Source: Marsupella aquatica (taxonomy: Eukaryota > Plantae > Marchantiophyta). From it: 64,000 nucleotides of DNA. Position 1 is the stretch's first letter. Every line of letters begins with the position of its first letter. The stretch covers positions 1,909,659 through 1,973,658 of the forward strand of contig OZ316895.1 of the NCBI GenBank assembly GCA_973895155.1, in the 5' to 3' direction. This document shows positions 1 to 12,231 of the stretch, piece by piece. The position numbers and the translations under genes are program-made. Under the pieces are notes generated by a model that did not search any database, had not been told where the DNA came from, and saw nothing but the letters and a program-made list of their open reading frames with translations.

Positions 1-622
1 TGCTCACGCCACCGGTAGTCTGCATAAGGCCTCCGGCGGAGTGGATGCGCAGGCCTTGGGCGACCAGGCAATCTTGGATCGAGATGCGGACGGCAGCATC
101 GCCGTTAATGGAGAAAGTTTCGTCCCGGCCCCACGAGGCCGAGACGTGATCGAAAATCATGTCGTTACCGTTGGCCAGACCCATGGCGTCGGCGCCGTCA
201 TCGCCATCGATCCCCATGCGAAAACGCATGTAGCGACAGATGGTATTGTTCGCGCCGGAGAAGGAGATCCGGTTTCCGTAAACGGTGATCCCACCTCCCG
301 GGGCGGACTGCCCGGCAATGGTGAGATTGGACGAGACGACGACCGGTGTATTTATTTTTATGATACCCCCCACGTCAAAAACGACAAACCGGTTGGAGGC
401 CGAAACGGCATCGCGAAAGGAGCCGGCGCCGGAGTCGTTTAGGTTTGTGACGTGATAGACAGTCGGGCTCGCCGATGCGCGCGCGCCCAGCGCGGCCGCA
501 CCGAAGCCCTCCGCTCCGGGAAAGGCGGGAAGCGCCAGGCCGCGAGAGCAGAAAACAGCGATGCACAGGAATAACAGCTGCGCGGTCCGAAATGAGCGCG
601 ATGATAGAATACTACAGTTCAA
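1..622 (-). CDS. Bacterial pectate lyase (PL1-type), 5' part; runs off the window start; one apparent frameshift near 520
   Basis: Manual minus-strand translation: signal-peptide-like QLLFLCIAVFCSRGLA, then LPAFP/GAEGFG (one base missing), VYHVTNLNDSGAGSFRDAV, VVFDVGGII, TIAGQSAPGGGI and MIFDHVSASWGRDETFS, all typical PL1 motifs. GC-rich, no introns. The TTG start at about 622 is inferred. Confidence 0.8.
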   Translation of the reverse strand, partial: MNCSILSSRSFRTAQLLFLCIAVFCSRGLALPAFPGAEGFGAAALGARASASPTVYHVTNLNDSGAGSFRDAVSASNRFVVFDVGGIIKINTPVVVSSNLTIAGQSAPGGGITVYGNRISFSGANNTICRYMRFRMGIDGDDGADAMGLANGNDMIFDHVSASWGRDETFSINGDAAVRISIQDCLVAQGLRIHSAGGLMQTTGGVS

Positions 623-701
623 TGATTGAGCCGCAGAGGGACGCAGAGTCCGATTCGGGGAAACTGAGCGCTCAACCGCGGTGACAAAGAATACGTTTGA
701 A

Positions 702-1207
702 CCTAAATTCCGCAGTTGAAGGGTGGTTTTGGCGGGGGTGAAGGACGAAGTTGGATGGTTTTATGAAGGGACGGGGATGGCGGTTTTCAACTGCGGCGCA
801 GTTGTTCGTATCCAGTCGTGGAGGCGCAGGTAGCCGTCGCGCAATTGCTCGGCCCAGCCGCCGCGGATGGAGACTTGAACTTCTTTTTGCCGGCCGGATT
901 GGACCAGGCGGGCGGCGATCAATAGAAACCATCGTCGGCCGCTTTTGGCCTCGGTGTGTTTATGCGGCACGATAAAGCGCACGAACAACACCCACAGATT
1001 ATACACCATCAATAAGAGGCGTGCGGCCAGCTCGCTGGTCGCCCGGGACTTGGCGCAAAAGCCGGAGAAGCCCCACTGGTTCTTGAGTTCGTCGAAGACG
1101 TTTTCGGTGTCGGCGCGTTCGCGATAATACTGCATGATCTGCCAGGCGTTAAACTCCAGGGGCAGGCTGGTCACATACACCGCGAACTCGTGTTTGTTTT
1201 TGTCCCA
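702..1207 (-). mobile_element. IS1380-type (IS4-like DDE) insertion sequence, 3' half only: transposase C-terminus 761-1207 plus probable right end at about 702
   Basis: ORF 761..1222 has VYVTSL...YRERADTENVFDELKNQWG (Y-2-R-3-E-6-K signature) and LMVYNL. It is cut at about 1207, where AT-rich repeat DNA begins. The end motif cctaaattccgcagttgaa at 702-720 is an inferred IR. Confidence 0.75.
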
Positions 1208-1900
1208 TGGTTTGTTATGCAAAAAGCACCAAACAAGACCAGGTGTGTTTGCTCGTGTGTTTGATACAAGTCAAAGAAAAACAGTTAGAACTTGTAACTG
1301 TAAAAACAATTGAAAAATGAAAAATAACATTTGCCACATCAGCACTATTGGTCACAAACAAGAATGGTTCGTTATGCAAAAGCACCAAACAAGACTATGT
1401 GTGTTTGAAACAAGTCAAAGAAAAACAGTTAGACCTTGTAACTGTAAAACAATTGAAAACTAACAATCAGTTCAAATAGACAAAGAAAAGGGTGTAAAAG
1501 AAAATAACCTTTGGATGAGTTATGATTGATATATCAGTGTTTTCCCGTAGGGAGTATGAGTTTTCTATTTAATTAAAAAAAATTGGAATAACCATGGGTG
1601 AAAAGAAACTCTTCAACTACTGTAACATTTACCAAGGTAACAATATAAGAAACCTTTTGGTTTCTATAGAAAAAGAAACACCAAGGGAACATAAGAAACC
1701 TTTTGACTACTATGGATAAAGTAATACCAAGGAATGTAATCAAGAAACCCTTTGGAAAAAGGAACACCAAGGGAACATAATAAACCCTTAAATGAATACT
1801 ATGGATAAAGGAATACCAAAAGGATGTAATGAAGAAACACTTTGGCTTCTATAACATTTTGCATGGATTCTATGGACATAGGAGTACCAAGGGAACATTG
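1207..1900. repeat. AT-rich degenerate tandem repeats: two copies of a ~155-bp unit, then several ~90-bp units
   Basis: gttatgcaaaa(a)gcaccaaacaagac...caagtcaaagaaaaacagttag...cttgtaactgtaaaa occurs at about 1214 and 1370. ccaagggaacata...aaacc...tactatggataaag recurs between 1630 and 1900. Confidence 0.7.
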
Positions 1901-4900
1901 TGCATGCACTTCTTCCATGAATAATCTATTCATTTTCCCCTCTCATGTCTATATTCAAATCTATTCCAATATGCAACTCTTCATGTGTTTGAACTTAGTT
2001 ATTGAATATCATCAAACTTACATAACCAAGAGGTCCTTGAACTAATTTTCTAGCAATTGATTCAATGTATCCTTGTTGCTTTTTGGGCATATCCTGTTTA
2101 CGTGCTGTTAACACCATTTGATAATGACACTGAAAACAAGTTTTGCTAGCAAAAGAAGCTTCAGTCTTGTCTAGGTTTAATACCAAAATACCATTTTCTG
2201 TTTCTGACACATAATTATAACGATAGCCATAAAACAATCAAAATATTGAAAAGAAATTAAACTTAAAGGTCCTCTACGATTTACTGGAAATTTTAATTCA
2301 TTCTCATTTTCAGGAAGTTTTTTACTTTTAATTTAGGTGACCAAGTGCTATTGGTCAAACTTTTTAATTAACTTTTTCAGTTAGCTCTTTCTTTGGTCTA
2401 GTGTCAGAAATCTCTGTAATCCAAATTTTTCTCTGGCTTTTGTTGTCTGTAGCTATCTGATCAAAATGAACTCATGAACCCATCTATATTGGTGATTTTT
2501 TGGTGTGTTATTGAACTAGGGATCTTCGGGTCCTTTCACCTTGCGTTTGCTGTAGTTGGCCTCCTTTTTGGTGTGGGAAATGCATTTGGGTTTGTCAGTT
2601 TGCTATTGCTTGAATTGATCTCTTCAGGTTTTGTTAGTGTATAACAAAGGACCCGCTGCTAACCTAAACCGACATAAATAAAAAATGCTGCTTAGAGAAA
2701 AGAAAAACGAAGAAAGGAGAAGTTCGCGAGGTCTCTTTTCGGTCACCCACACTGGGATATCTATTGTTCTATTAGCACACAAAACTCAAAACATATTAGG
2801 CGCTGATTTCAAATGATGCACTGTTAATCGCATTGTTAAACGGAATCATTGTTTAAGCGGGTAATTATGGCCATGATTGTTGCGTTTAAAAAGTTTAACT
2901 CGGCGTGGTGCTACTGGCCAGGGCGCCCCCGGCCTTCCTTCGCCGGGAAAGTAATGAGTTCAAAGACCGGCAGCGAATGAGGGGCCGGCATCCGAGCGCG
3001 TAGAGGAGCGCGGCGTGCGTACATGGACGGAATCAGATGGACGGTGAAACAGAGGTGCCGGCAAAATACTACTCATCAGACGACGAAGTTTCTCCGTCCG
3101 CAACGACCGGGATCGGAAAGGACGCCCGGGGCACTGTTCTCGAGGCGAAGAGGTTTTTGGCAGCTTCTTCGTCTTCGTCTTCTGTCTCAACTCTGTCTCC
3201 GGAGAAATCGCGCTCTCCTCTGTTCTCTATATTTTCTCTATCATCCTTTCCTTTCCTCCTGTAGTCCTGTAGCTCTTACAGTCAGTGCTCCGAACGCGAT
3301 GGAGAGTGAAGGAACGAGTGGATGAAAGAGCGCCGCTTCCACAGCTTCGGTGGAATTTGGACTGAGAAAGAAGGAGGAGGGAGGCGAGGAATCCAACTGA
3401 GAATACTCGAGTGGGAGTGATTCTCAGCGGCGAAGGTGTGTGACACCATAAATGATCCATGTAATGGACTCGACATGGACAGAGGGGTTCTAGTACAGTG
3501 GAGGATGTAGGAGTAAGTTACTGTACTGTTGGAGAGAGGGAGTAATTGATCTGACTTTGTGAAGGAATCTATGCGGTTGATGGAATTGGGGCGACTTGCT
3601 TGGGAGCGTCTGTGTGTCTGCCGGTTTGGCTGCTGCGGCCCTGTCTGCAGCAAGGGCGTGGATCTGGGAACCGTTGATTCCGTGCGGAGATTAAGTTTGT
3701 CCATGAGGTACCGTAATCTGCTTTAATACGCTTACAACCGAGGGTGCGTGTTGGAGATGCGCTCGCGTCGTCTGATGACTTGGATTTCCGGGGTATAATC
3801 GCCTTTGGATTCTCTCCCGAGTCGTTGCTGCAATTGCTGGAGTGGTGTACTGGTCTTGCAGCTTCGGGTAACTCGCGTTCTCATCGCCCTGTTTACGGTA
3901 CCTTTACCTTCCCGGCTTGATCTGATCTCCTTTGTTGCACTTTCCCCGTCGCTATGCCGCAGCAAATTATGCCTGCACCCTCCTGGATTGTCCTTTCTGG
4001 ATTCCTCTCTCGTCCACGCCGATTCATCCACCGCCGCGCACTTCCTCTGTCCGTCAACCGCCTTCAGCTTCTTCTCTCTCACTGTGCGCATCAGCTCCAT
4101 TCGTCCCTGCCTATCAGAAAAGCAGTGGGGCACTACAGTAGCTGCTGAGGAAGTGAGGGCATTCTGCTCACCGAGTCTTTAGCTGATAGGCCTTGTGCTT
4201 TTGGCGTGATGTAAGCTGATTGATGCTTCACTCTAGCGGAGAAGGATGAGATAGATCTTCATATCATCATCACCCAAGAGAAAGCTTTTGTTCTATTTTT
4301 ATTCCCTTCCTTTATCTCCGGTTCCCACCCTGTTTGTTTACACGGACTACAGTAGTATCTTCGCTCTGCCTATGATCTTCGATGGTCCCGCGTGCGTCGT
4401 CTGGGAGTCCGTTCTTATCGTTGTTGTTCCCTTGGGCCATCATTTACCTCTCCTGCAGTCCGCGGTTTCTGCGCGCTCTCCGCTATCCATCTCTGTCCAT
4501 TCCTTTCTCGTCTCTCACCGCCGGTATCAGTCTATTGCTCATGCCCTGTAGTATGTCCGTTTTGCAAGCAACTTTATGGTGATTTCGTAGAGGGACTGGG
4601 TACTTGATACTCTCCGGGAGGGTAAATGTGTGAAGTATTGGCAGATGTGGGTGGCAGGTTACACTGTGGAGTAGACGCGGGTCGATCTGGACGCTCAGCT
4701 TCGGCCTCTCAGCTCCTTTTGGCGGTCAAATCTTAGGAGATAAGGAAGTCAAAACATGGGCTGCTAGGGCTACTAGTAATTTTGCTACCTCGGAAGATTT
4801 GCTTGGAGGCGCAACGACGATTACAGCAGACGACTTTTGGCCAGTACTGCTCCTGGCTGGCCCACTATCACCTAGGGATTATGACATCACGCACAGAGGA

Positions 4901-6026
4901 CAATCCTTTTTTTTTTCCTGATTCGTTCACCAAGCAATAGTTAGCTGCCAGAACTATCCTCACTGGAGTGCACGCAGTGCGAATTTGTACTGGCATCTAT
5001 GGGATGGTGCACTAGTTCAAAGCTGGGAAGGCAGGGAAGGCGTTCAATTTAGGGAAATTCGTCAAGGAAGGCTGGAAGGGGCACTTGTGGACTACTCATG
5101 GGGTTATCTCTTCCGGGCGATCATGATAGTAATGCGTATCCTTTGAAGGGTTGAGAGTTGACGATTGTGTTGCGCAAAGTTCGTATGGAAGGAAATTGGA
5201 ATGGGTCAAACTGGAGTAGGGGTTAGAAATGTTGACAGACAGCCAACGCGCTCGTGATAAGAAGCAGGCGGTGACATTATCGACGCAGATGCAGTGTCTG
5301 AGAGACTACAGGTTGCAAATCAAGATGTCCGTGTGGGCTAATCCGATTGATGGTACACGGAATGGCTGGATGTGCGTGAATCAGGTGTGTGCAGCAGCTA
5401 CCATCTTATTAGGTTTTAAGTTAGGGGTCGGCAGTTTCATAATAACGATACTTAACGATGTCAAGAGCCTAAGGCGTGGGTGGGTACACCTTTGCTTCGA
5501 GGTGTACAAAGTAACGTGCTGAACTGATTAGTCGTTAGGAAAATCTTCGTCGTCCTTTTTTCCCGAAAGTTTTGGATTCCTTAGTGTCATGCCTAGTTGC
5601 GAGCAGTTAGAACCTACATAACGAAAGCACTGATCACGGGACCAGAGTGTAACCGGGTGCTCGGAAGAGTACCTGTAAAAGCGAGGTGGCTAATTTCATT
5701 GCCCTGAGTACCCTACTCGTGATAGATTTGTTACTTTAGACTACAACACAGTCACTCGATCGATTTTTCTCGGGTGGGGTCGAAAGGTAGGATATTTTTC
5801 ACAAGAGGAGGATGTTTGCGTGTCAGATGATGATGTTGTTGTGGTCTCCTGATATTAGAGAACTCGAAGAAGATGTGACATGCGCATTTGAATTTGGATC
5901 TATGATGCGAGCGCCTGTACTGAAGGCGTCTCTGATCATCACATTTAGAGCAGTAGATTCTGATCAGGAGGACAATGATGAAACTGCAGTGTTGGTGCGC
6001 GAGCGGGTTCTGAAGAAGGCCTAACC

Positions 6027-9000
6027 ATGCGAGACTTTCGTGGGTTGGGGGGGATCGGAGCAGATTTGCGAAATGTGAATCAGGAGCAAGGGAATGAAGA
6101 GGCGATAGGGCAATCGAAAGGAATGATGCCATCGTGGCCCGACGGTGCCACTGGATCTAGTTCTCAGCCTTCATGTTCCCGATATCACCCCTACGTTCGC
6201 AGAACGCATCCGTACGACTACTCTGACCCTCCACAAAGTTTGAATCCAGGACTGTTGCGATGTTCATAGCCATGAAAATGCAACGAATCTAACGAGTACG
6301 GCTAGGTTGTCAGCTGTGATCGAAGAATTGCGATGTTCTTCCCTTAGTGTGACTACGCACTGTTTGAAAACAACTCTCAATGTCATATCGACTGACTTTG
6401 GTGTCCGAAACCTTTCATCGGGTCCCTGTAGGTTCAGTGCCCAATGAATCAAGCAATCCTGCTCCCCGACATCTGCAAATCTGTTTAGAGGTTAACATCT
6501 AGCAGATTTGCACATTCTATGGATGCTCTAATATCACTATCTCGAGATAGTATCACCTGCAGGGTAGCAGTTTGAGGAGACTGTTTCTGGCTGCTCGTTG
6601 TCCTCGTCTCGTGTGAATGAACCCATAATGTCGGAGGCCTTGCAGGTTGTTGACTGCGTTGCTAACTTGAAAGGAATTACTGGATACGGCTTGTTGCCGG
6701 AAATGCACGTAGTATTGTAAGCTATGTTCGTGAACCGTTATTCAGCCCTTCATATTTGGATGTGCAGGGGGGAAAACGTGTTGCGCCTGCTTGCTTTAAG
6801 AGAAGTTGCTCCGTCTGTCAAGAGGCCTTTACGGCGACTCTGGGGTGATGCGGCTGCTTCGAGTGTCAGTTGCTCCGGACATTATCGAGAAGTGACGGAC
6901 GCAAAGAGGGCCCTCATCTCCTGGTCTGTTCCGAGAGTGCATCCGTGCCGTCCCCTAGTGTGCCGTCTATTTCCTGAAGAGATTAGTTACTTGTAGAGTC
7001 AATGGAGCAATGCCCGACCTTTTCAATCCTGGCTGCGTGTCAGTGTTCCTGGTTTTCTTCAGTATTAAGGTTGTAAAGTTGAAACTAGTAGAAAAGTGTT
7101 TCATGATGTCCCAACTTTTGAGATGGCAAGCCGGTGTTCTTATGCACCTCCACTAAATCTGTGTCCGTGGTGGCTTGGTTTAGGCTCGAGGCAGAATCCC
7201 TGAGGCATTGCACGGCTAAATATTGCCCCTTGCTACCAGCACCGAGGTCAACAATTGCAGCAGCGTTTAGTCCGGACGGAAATACTCTCGCTTCCACCCA
7301 GTAAGGGATTCGTGCAAATTCCCTTTGCTTTTGAAGTGGTCATAGTTTTGGTTGTTTTGAAACATATACTCGTTACTTCTATATCGGCGAATCGGGTGGC
7401 TCTATGTAGCTGATTGAGCTTGAATCCTGGGTTATCTGGCACTTCTTTCGTGGATAATTGACATTGTTTGCTTTTAATTCTCGTGTTTTCATTTGCTCTG
7501 TCCTGTTGTGCAGTGGTGACCATACTGTTAAGATAATCTGTTGCCGGACAGGATACTGTCTAAAAGTTTTGAGTGGACACCGTAGGACTCCATGGGTGGT
7601 GAGTGACATACTTCTGAACATTAAGAATGCAAGTTTGGTGTTCCACATTACTGCACAGTGAAATATTTTCCTTGCTGACGCTGCGCCTTTTTCAATCTAT
7701 CAGGTCCGCTTCCATCCAGGGAGTTCAGAGGTTCTTGCTAGCGGGAGCCTTGATAATGAAGTACGGCTTTGGGATGCCAACACTGCGGAATGTGTTGGCT
7801 TTCAAGACTTCTGTAAGTGTATTAGCACTAGCTCTTTCTCTTGTTATCTAAGCGAACCGTTTAAATGGGCTGAAGGTAGGTGCTTCTGATTGAGTGCATT
7901 GATGTTAATCCCAGATCCCCATTTGTGGCAAGTGAAAGTGTACTACCAACCTGTGTTCTGGGCTAGATGGTGAGCTATTTCTGGGAAGTAAGTTAACTCT
8001 AGTATTCTGGTCTGCTTGTTTCACAGATCGACCGATTGCTTCCCTCGCATTTCACGCACAAGGAGATTTACTCGCCGTTGCATCAGGTCACAAGGTGCAA
8101 ATGCATCCTTCTGTTGTCCGAGATTGAAGTTTCTCACACCAATGCCTGTACATGACGTGCGACGTGCAGGTTGTGGGTTTATTTTGTTGTGTGTGTGGGG
8201 TTTGACTCATGGAGGCTGTTTTGTCCTCTCCCTCGGACGTCTATTTACCCATCATGTGTTAATACTTCAAAGCGTAAATGGACGTCATACTGGTTGCAGC
8301 TCTATATATGGCAATACACCAAGGAGGCCGAGGCAGCTTCTCCAGTTATTGTACTACGCACCCGGCGCTCGCTTCGGGCAGTACATTTTCATCCTCATGC
8401 TGCTCCTCTTCTCTTGACAGCTGAGGTAACCAGGGGCAGAGTAGTTGACATTATATGGTTTGTCCATTTCTGTAGGTGTCCACCGCAAGGCTTAATCTGA
8501 ACTGGTGGTAAGAGTGCAAGTATAGAAAAATGGAAAGGTCTGTCAGTGTTTTGTGCCTGCTTCTTGATACTGTATTGGTCTTCTGTGTGCAAGTTTATCT
8601 GCAGCAGGTGTGGAAACCTGACTAAGGACAAGATCGTGCATTTTTGCAACTCCAAATATATAGACTACTTTTCACTTTGGCCAAATTTGGAATGTCCGCA
8701 CTTGGACATTGCGTCATTGTGTCATGTCGCATAGCACCACCTGGAATCAGCTCACGAAAGGGATAATTCACATGTAGAATGTTCTGTCAAGTAATGAAAA
8801 GATTTAGTTGGTTAGTCTAGACACTCTCCAGTTCTCATGAGAGTTGGTGATTCTGCTCTTCAACGTTTCCGTAAGCAACCTCCAAAACTTATAATGTGGA
8901 TGCTTGCAAACCAAAGGTTTCAAAGCATCTCAACTGTGGATGCTTATCTTGTTGGCAGGTGAATGATCTCGACTCTCCTGATTGCCCAATGACTATTGCA

Positions 9001-12000
9001 ACATCAAGAGGTTATCTGCACTACCCTGCTCCAGCTATTCATTTCACCACTGCAACGTCTGCTAAGCAATCAAACACTCAATTTCCAGTTTCTCAACCGT
9101 TTGTATCCTTTCCTGTTTGGTGTTGGCCAGGACTGGCAAGAGGTACTACTGATTCCCAATCAGAAGTAGCATTGGCTGAAACCCCAGCAGGAGCTACAAA
9201 TACAGACGATGACGTGGAAGAGGGATGTGATATTGCACCAGAATCAGAGAGGGATACCAGTTTCGATCTGCATCCTTCTGATTTTTCATCCGCTGCACCC
9301 ATGGATGTTTCTCCCCGACCGAGTTATATGGAATCGTTAGCCGCAAGCACCAGTGGTGTTGCAGAACCTGCGGAAAGCGTGTTGCTAACCACTGCGGTAG
9401 TTGAGGAGATTTTTGGGGCTCCGAATGTTAGCCAACCTTTGCCTGGAGACCCAGGTAGAAATAGTCCGACAGTTGTTGGAGCACCATGGGATGTTGGTGA
9501 GGCTACCATTGCTTCGCCAGCAAGAGGAGGGACTGGAGCAGCGTCTATTTTCCCAAGTGGACCTGGTGCTCGAAGACAGGAGGACACGGGAATGTCTGGG
9601 TCAGGTCCGGTCCTCTGGCCAGTGAGTGCTCTTACCAATATGAGCTCACAACTTTTCACTGGAGGTCCAGTGGTGTCACAATCTCTGCCACTTACAGGGG
9701 GATTTTCAGGAATGGAACTTCCCTTTCTACCGGGGTTGGCGCAAGGTCAAACTCATATTGGCGCTGGCCAACGTCCGACCCCTTCTGTGATGGGAGGTTT
9801 GCGGGCTGGATTGGCTATGGGTGCAACAGCGCAAGGTGAGGCGAGGGTACCTCAACAAAATCCATCACCTGGCACAGTAGCATCTGCAGCTTTGGCAACT
9901 CTGGCGAATGCTGCACGTTTAGTTGCTGGCAATCCTCAGGTTGGTCTTGGACAAGGCTTGGGTCCACAACCAGCAGTGCGACTTACTATAAATCAAAACC
10001 AGGCTCCTGGAAGAGGAATTTCAATTCCTAACATTGGTGATGTTGAAGCTGCCCAGGCAGCAATGGCAGCTGCTGAAATGCCTTGTACAGTAAAGCTTAG
10101 GATATGGCCACATGACATTAAGAGACCAAGTGCTTCGCTTGACCCAGAAACTTGCAGGCTAACTATACCTCACGCAGTTCTGTGCAGGTTTGTAAATGCT
10201 GCACGCCCTGTCCTTTTCTGTGTCTTCTTCATTTTGTTATCAATACCAAAGCCGGTGGGACCGTTTGTCATCACTGGCTTGCCCTTCTCGTTTAGCAGAG
10301 CATGTTTTTCCTCCAGTCCTTTGTGTCTATTTCTTGTATACCGGTTTAGTTCGTCCATTTGCTATTCTCCAGTGTTGGTACTTCCCTCTAGTTGGCTTCA
10401 GGTCGAATACACGGCTCCAATCAAAACTCGGAATAAATTTGCCGGTTTCTGATCAGTTGTGATTGATGGATGTTATCTTGAACAGTGAGATGGGTGCACA
10501 TTTTTCTCCATGTGGAAGATTCCTTGCTGCCTGCGTGGCTTGTGTTTTGCCTCCATCAGAGTCAGACTCACATGGCCAAGGTTCTCGGAGCATGAATGGC
10601 TCGCCTGGCGTTGGGATGTCTGTCCATTCACCCACTCAACATCCTATATCAGCACAGCAAGTTATATATGAGCTCCGAGTTTATTCACTGGAGGAGGCCA
10701 CGTAAGCTCTTGAACTGTGGGATAAGCGAGACTGTATTTGTGTTGCCAAGTCATGTTTCCTCCTAATACTTAGAGGATCTCATCTTGCAGCTGAGGCTTC
10801 TCGTAATGGCAAGGCGTATTCCCGTCAGTTGCTTACTACATGGGCTTCTATCCCATCTAAGAAATTTCGAGAAAATTCAATTTATATGTCGATGACACAG
10901 GGTCAGAACGATGAGCTTCTAGTGGAAATCTTGTCAACTTGTCTTTGTATACTAGCAATAGATGTGACGAGACTAGCACGTCGATGGTTTCTTAACCTTC
11001 GCACCTTTGATTGCAGATTTGGTCAAGTCCTTGCATCTAGAGCAGTTCGAGCTGCCCACTGCCTTACCTCTATTCAGGTTAGTTTCGATACATACAGTTT
11101 GGACGATGCTCCCTTTCGTTGTGTAAACCTTTGTCCTCTACAGCCTTCCAAATTTCAACCTCACTTATGGTCTTCGTTTGTTTCAGTTTTCTCCAACATC
11201 TGAACATATTTTACTGGCCTATGGTCGTCGCCATAGTTCACTTTTGAGGAGCCTTGTTGTAATGGACGGAAGTCAAACAATTCCCATTTACACTATCCTC
11301 GAGGTATATTGTCTCATCTTGGAATCATCATTGGGTGAAAGAATCATTTTGTAAATGTTGCATTCCAAAACTAGTTTATGGGCTTCTCATCTTGAAGCAC
11401 AATAATGCTTCTGAAATTCGAGTTGTGTCTATTATTTGAAATGTTTAGGTCATAAGAACTTGAGCTCTTGAGATTTGGAGCAGTGCCACTGCGGTTTTTA
11501 AAATTGCATGGAAACCTGAGCCCATGCCTTGGATAACTTCTAGATCTAAGGGCAAGGTCACGCAATGGATACAAGAAATGCCTCTTGAGTAGGATCTTTG
11601 AACTAACAAATTATGTTAAATACACACAGGTGTATAGAGTTTCAGATATGGAACTTGTGAGAGTGCTTCCAAGTGCCGAAGATGAAGTTAATGTAGCTTG
11701 CTTCCACCCGAGAGTTGGCGGTGGCCTTGTGTATGGTACCAAGGTCTGTGAATCAGCACAGCTTAAATGTTTGATTTTTTGTGTCCATTCTAGATTGTCA
11801 TTCCCTGTAGCTCTACTTAGCTCTGGCTCTGAGGTGTCATTGCTAGATGCTTACTACATGTTTGGGGGAAATACCAGGAAGGCAAGTTGAGGATACTCCA
11901 CCATGACAGGACACCTCGACATCCGAACCCTCGTAGAGTGCATGAGCTGGAGGATGAACTACTCGAGGTATTCTACCTCCCATCGCCCGGTTTTCTAAAT

Positions 12001-12231
12001 TCTGGTAGTTAGTCGTCATTGCAGAGAAGTTCATGGAGTGGTTTACAGCGATGTACTGAGGGGATCACCCATTATGCCAGTAGCTTCAGTCTCGTCCATA
12101 TTTTACCATTGTGTTCTTCCAGAGCCTTGGAAGTTCGCTGTAACGTTTCAAGTTCAGAGTTATTTCAGATAGCGTTTACCTGCTCGTTGGTGTGCTCGTT
12201 GGTGTGCTCGTTGGTGTGCTCGTTGGTGTGA
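6027..12231 (+). CDS. AMBRA1-like plant WD40/transducin protein (DCAF-type), about 14 exons
   Basis: Exon peptides across GT-AG introns: NVLRLLALREV; AESLRHCTAKYCPLLPAPRSTIAAAFSPDGNTLASTH; GDHTVKII...GHRRTPWV; VRFHP...LASGSLDNEVRLWD; RPIASLAFH...AVASGHK; RTRRSLRAVHFHP; AEMPCTVKLRIW; SEMGAHFSPCGRFLAACVAC; YELRVYSLEEAT; FGQVLASRAVRAAHCLTSIQ; FSPTSEHILLAYGRRH; LPSAEDEVNVACFHP...LVYGTK; EGKLRIL. The start (6027 or 6123) and the last exon are uncertain. Confidence 0.9.
12181..12228 (+). repeat. Four exact copies of the 12-mer tgctcgttggtg (encodes CSLV x4)
   Basis: Read directly; followed immediately by TGA at 12229-12231. Confidence 0.95.

Noticed and set aside
41-442. 133-aa plus-strand ORF
   Set aside because: Antisense shadow of the minus-strand pectate lyase.
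8896-10452. Stand-alone 518-aa gene
   Set aside because: It is one large internal exon (about 8959-10187) of the AMBRA1-like gene plus read-through into the flanking introns.
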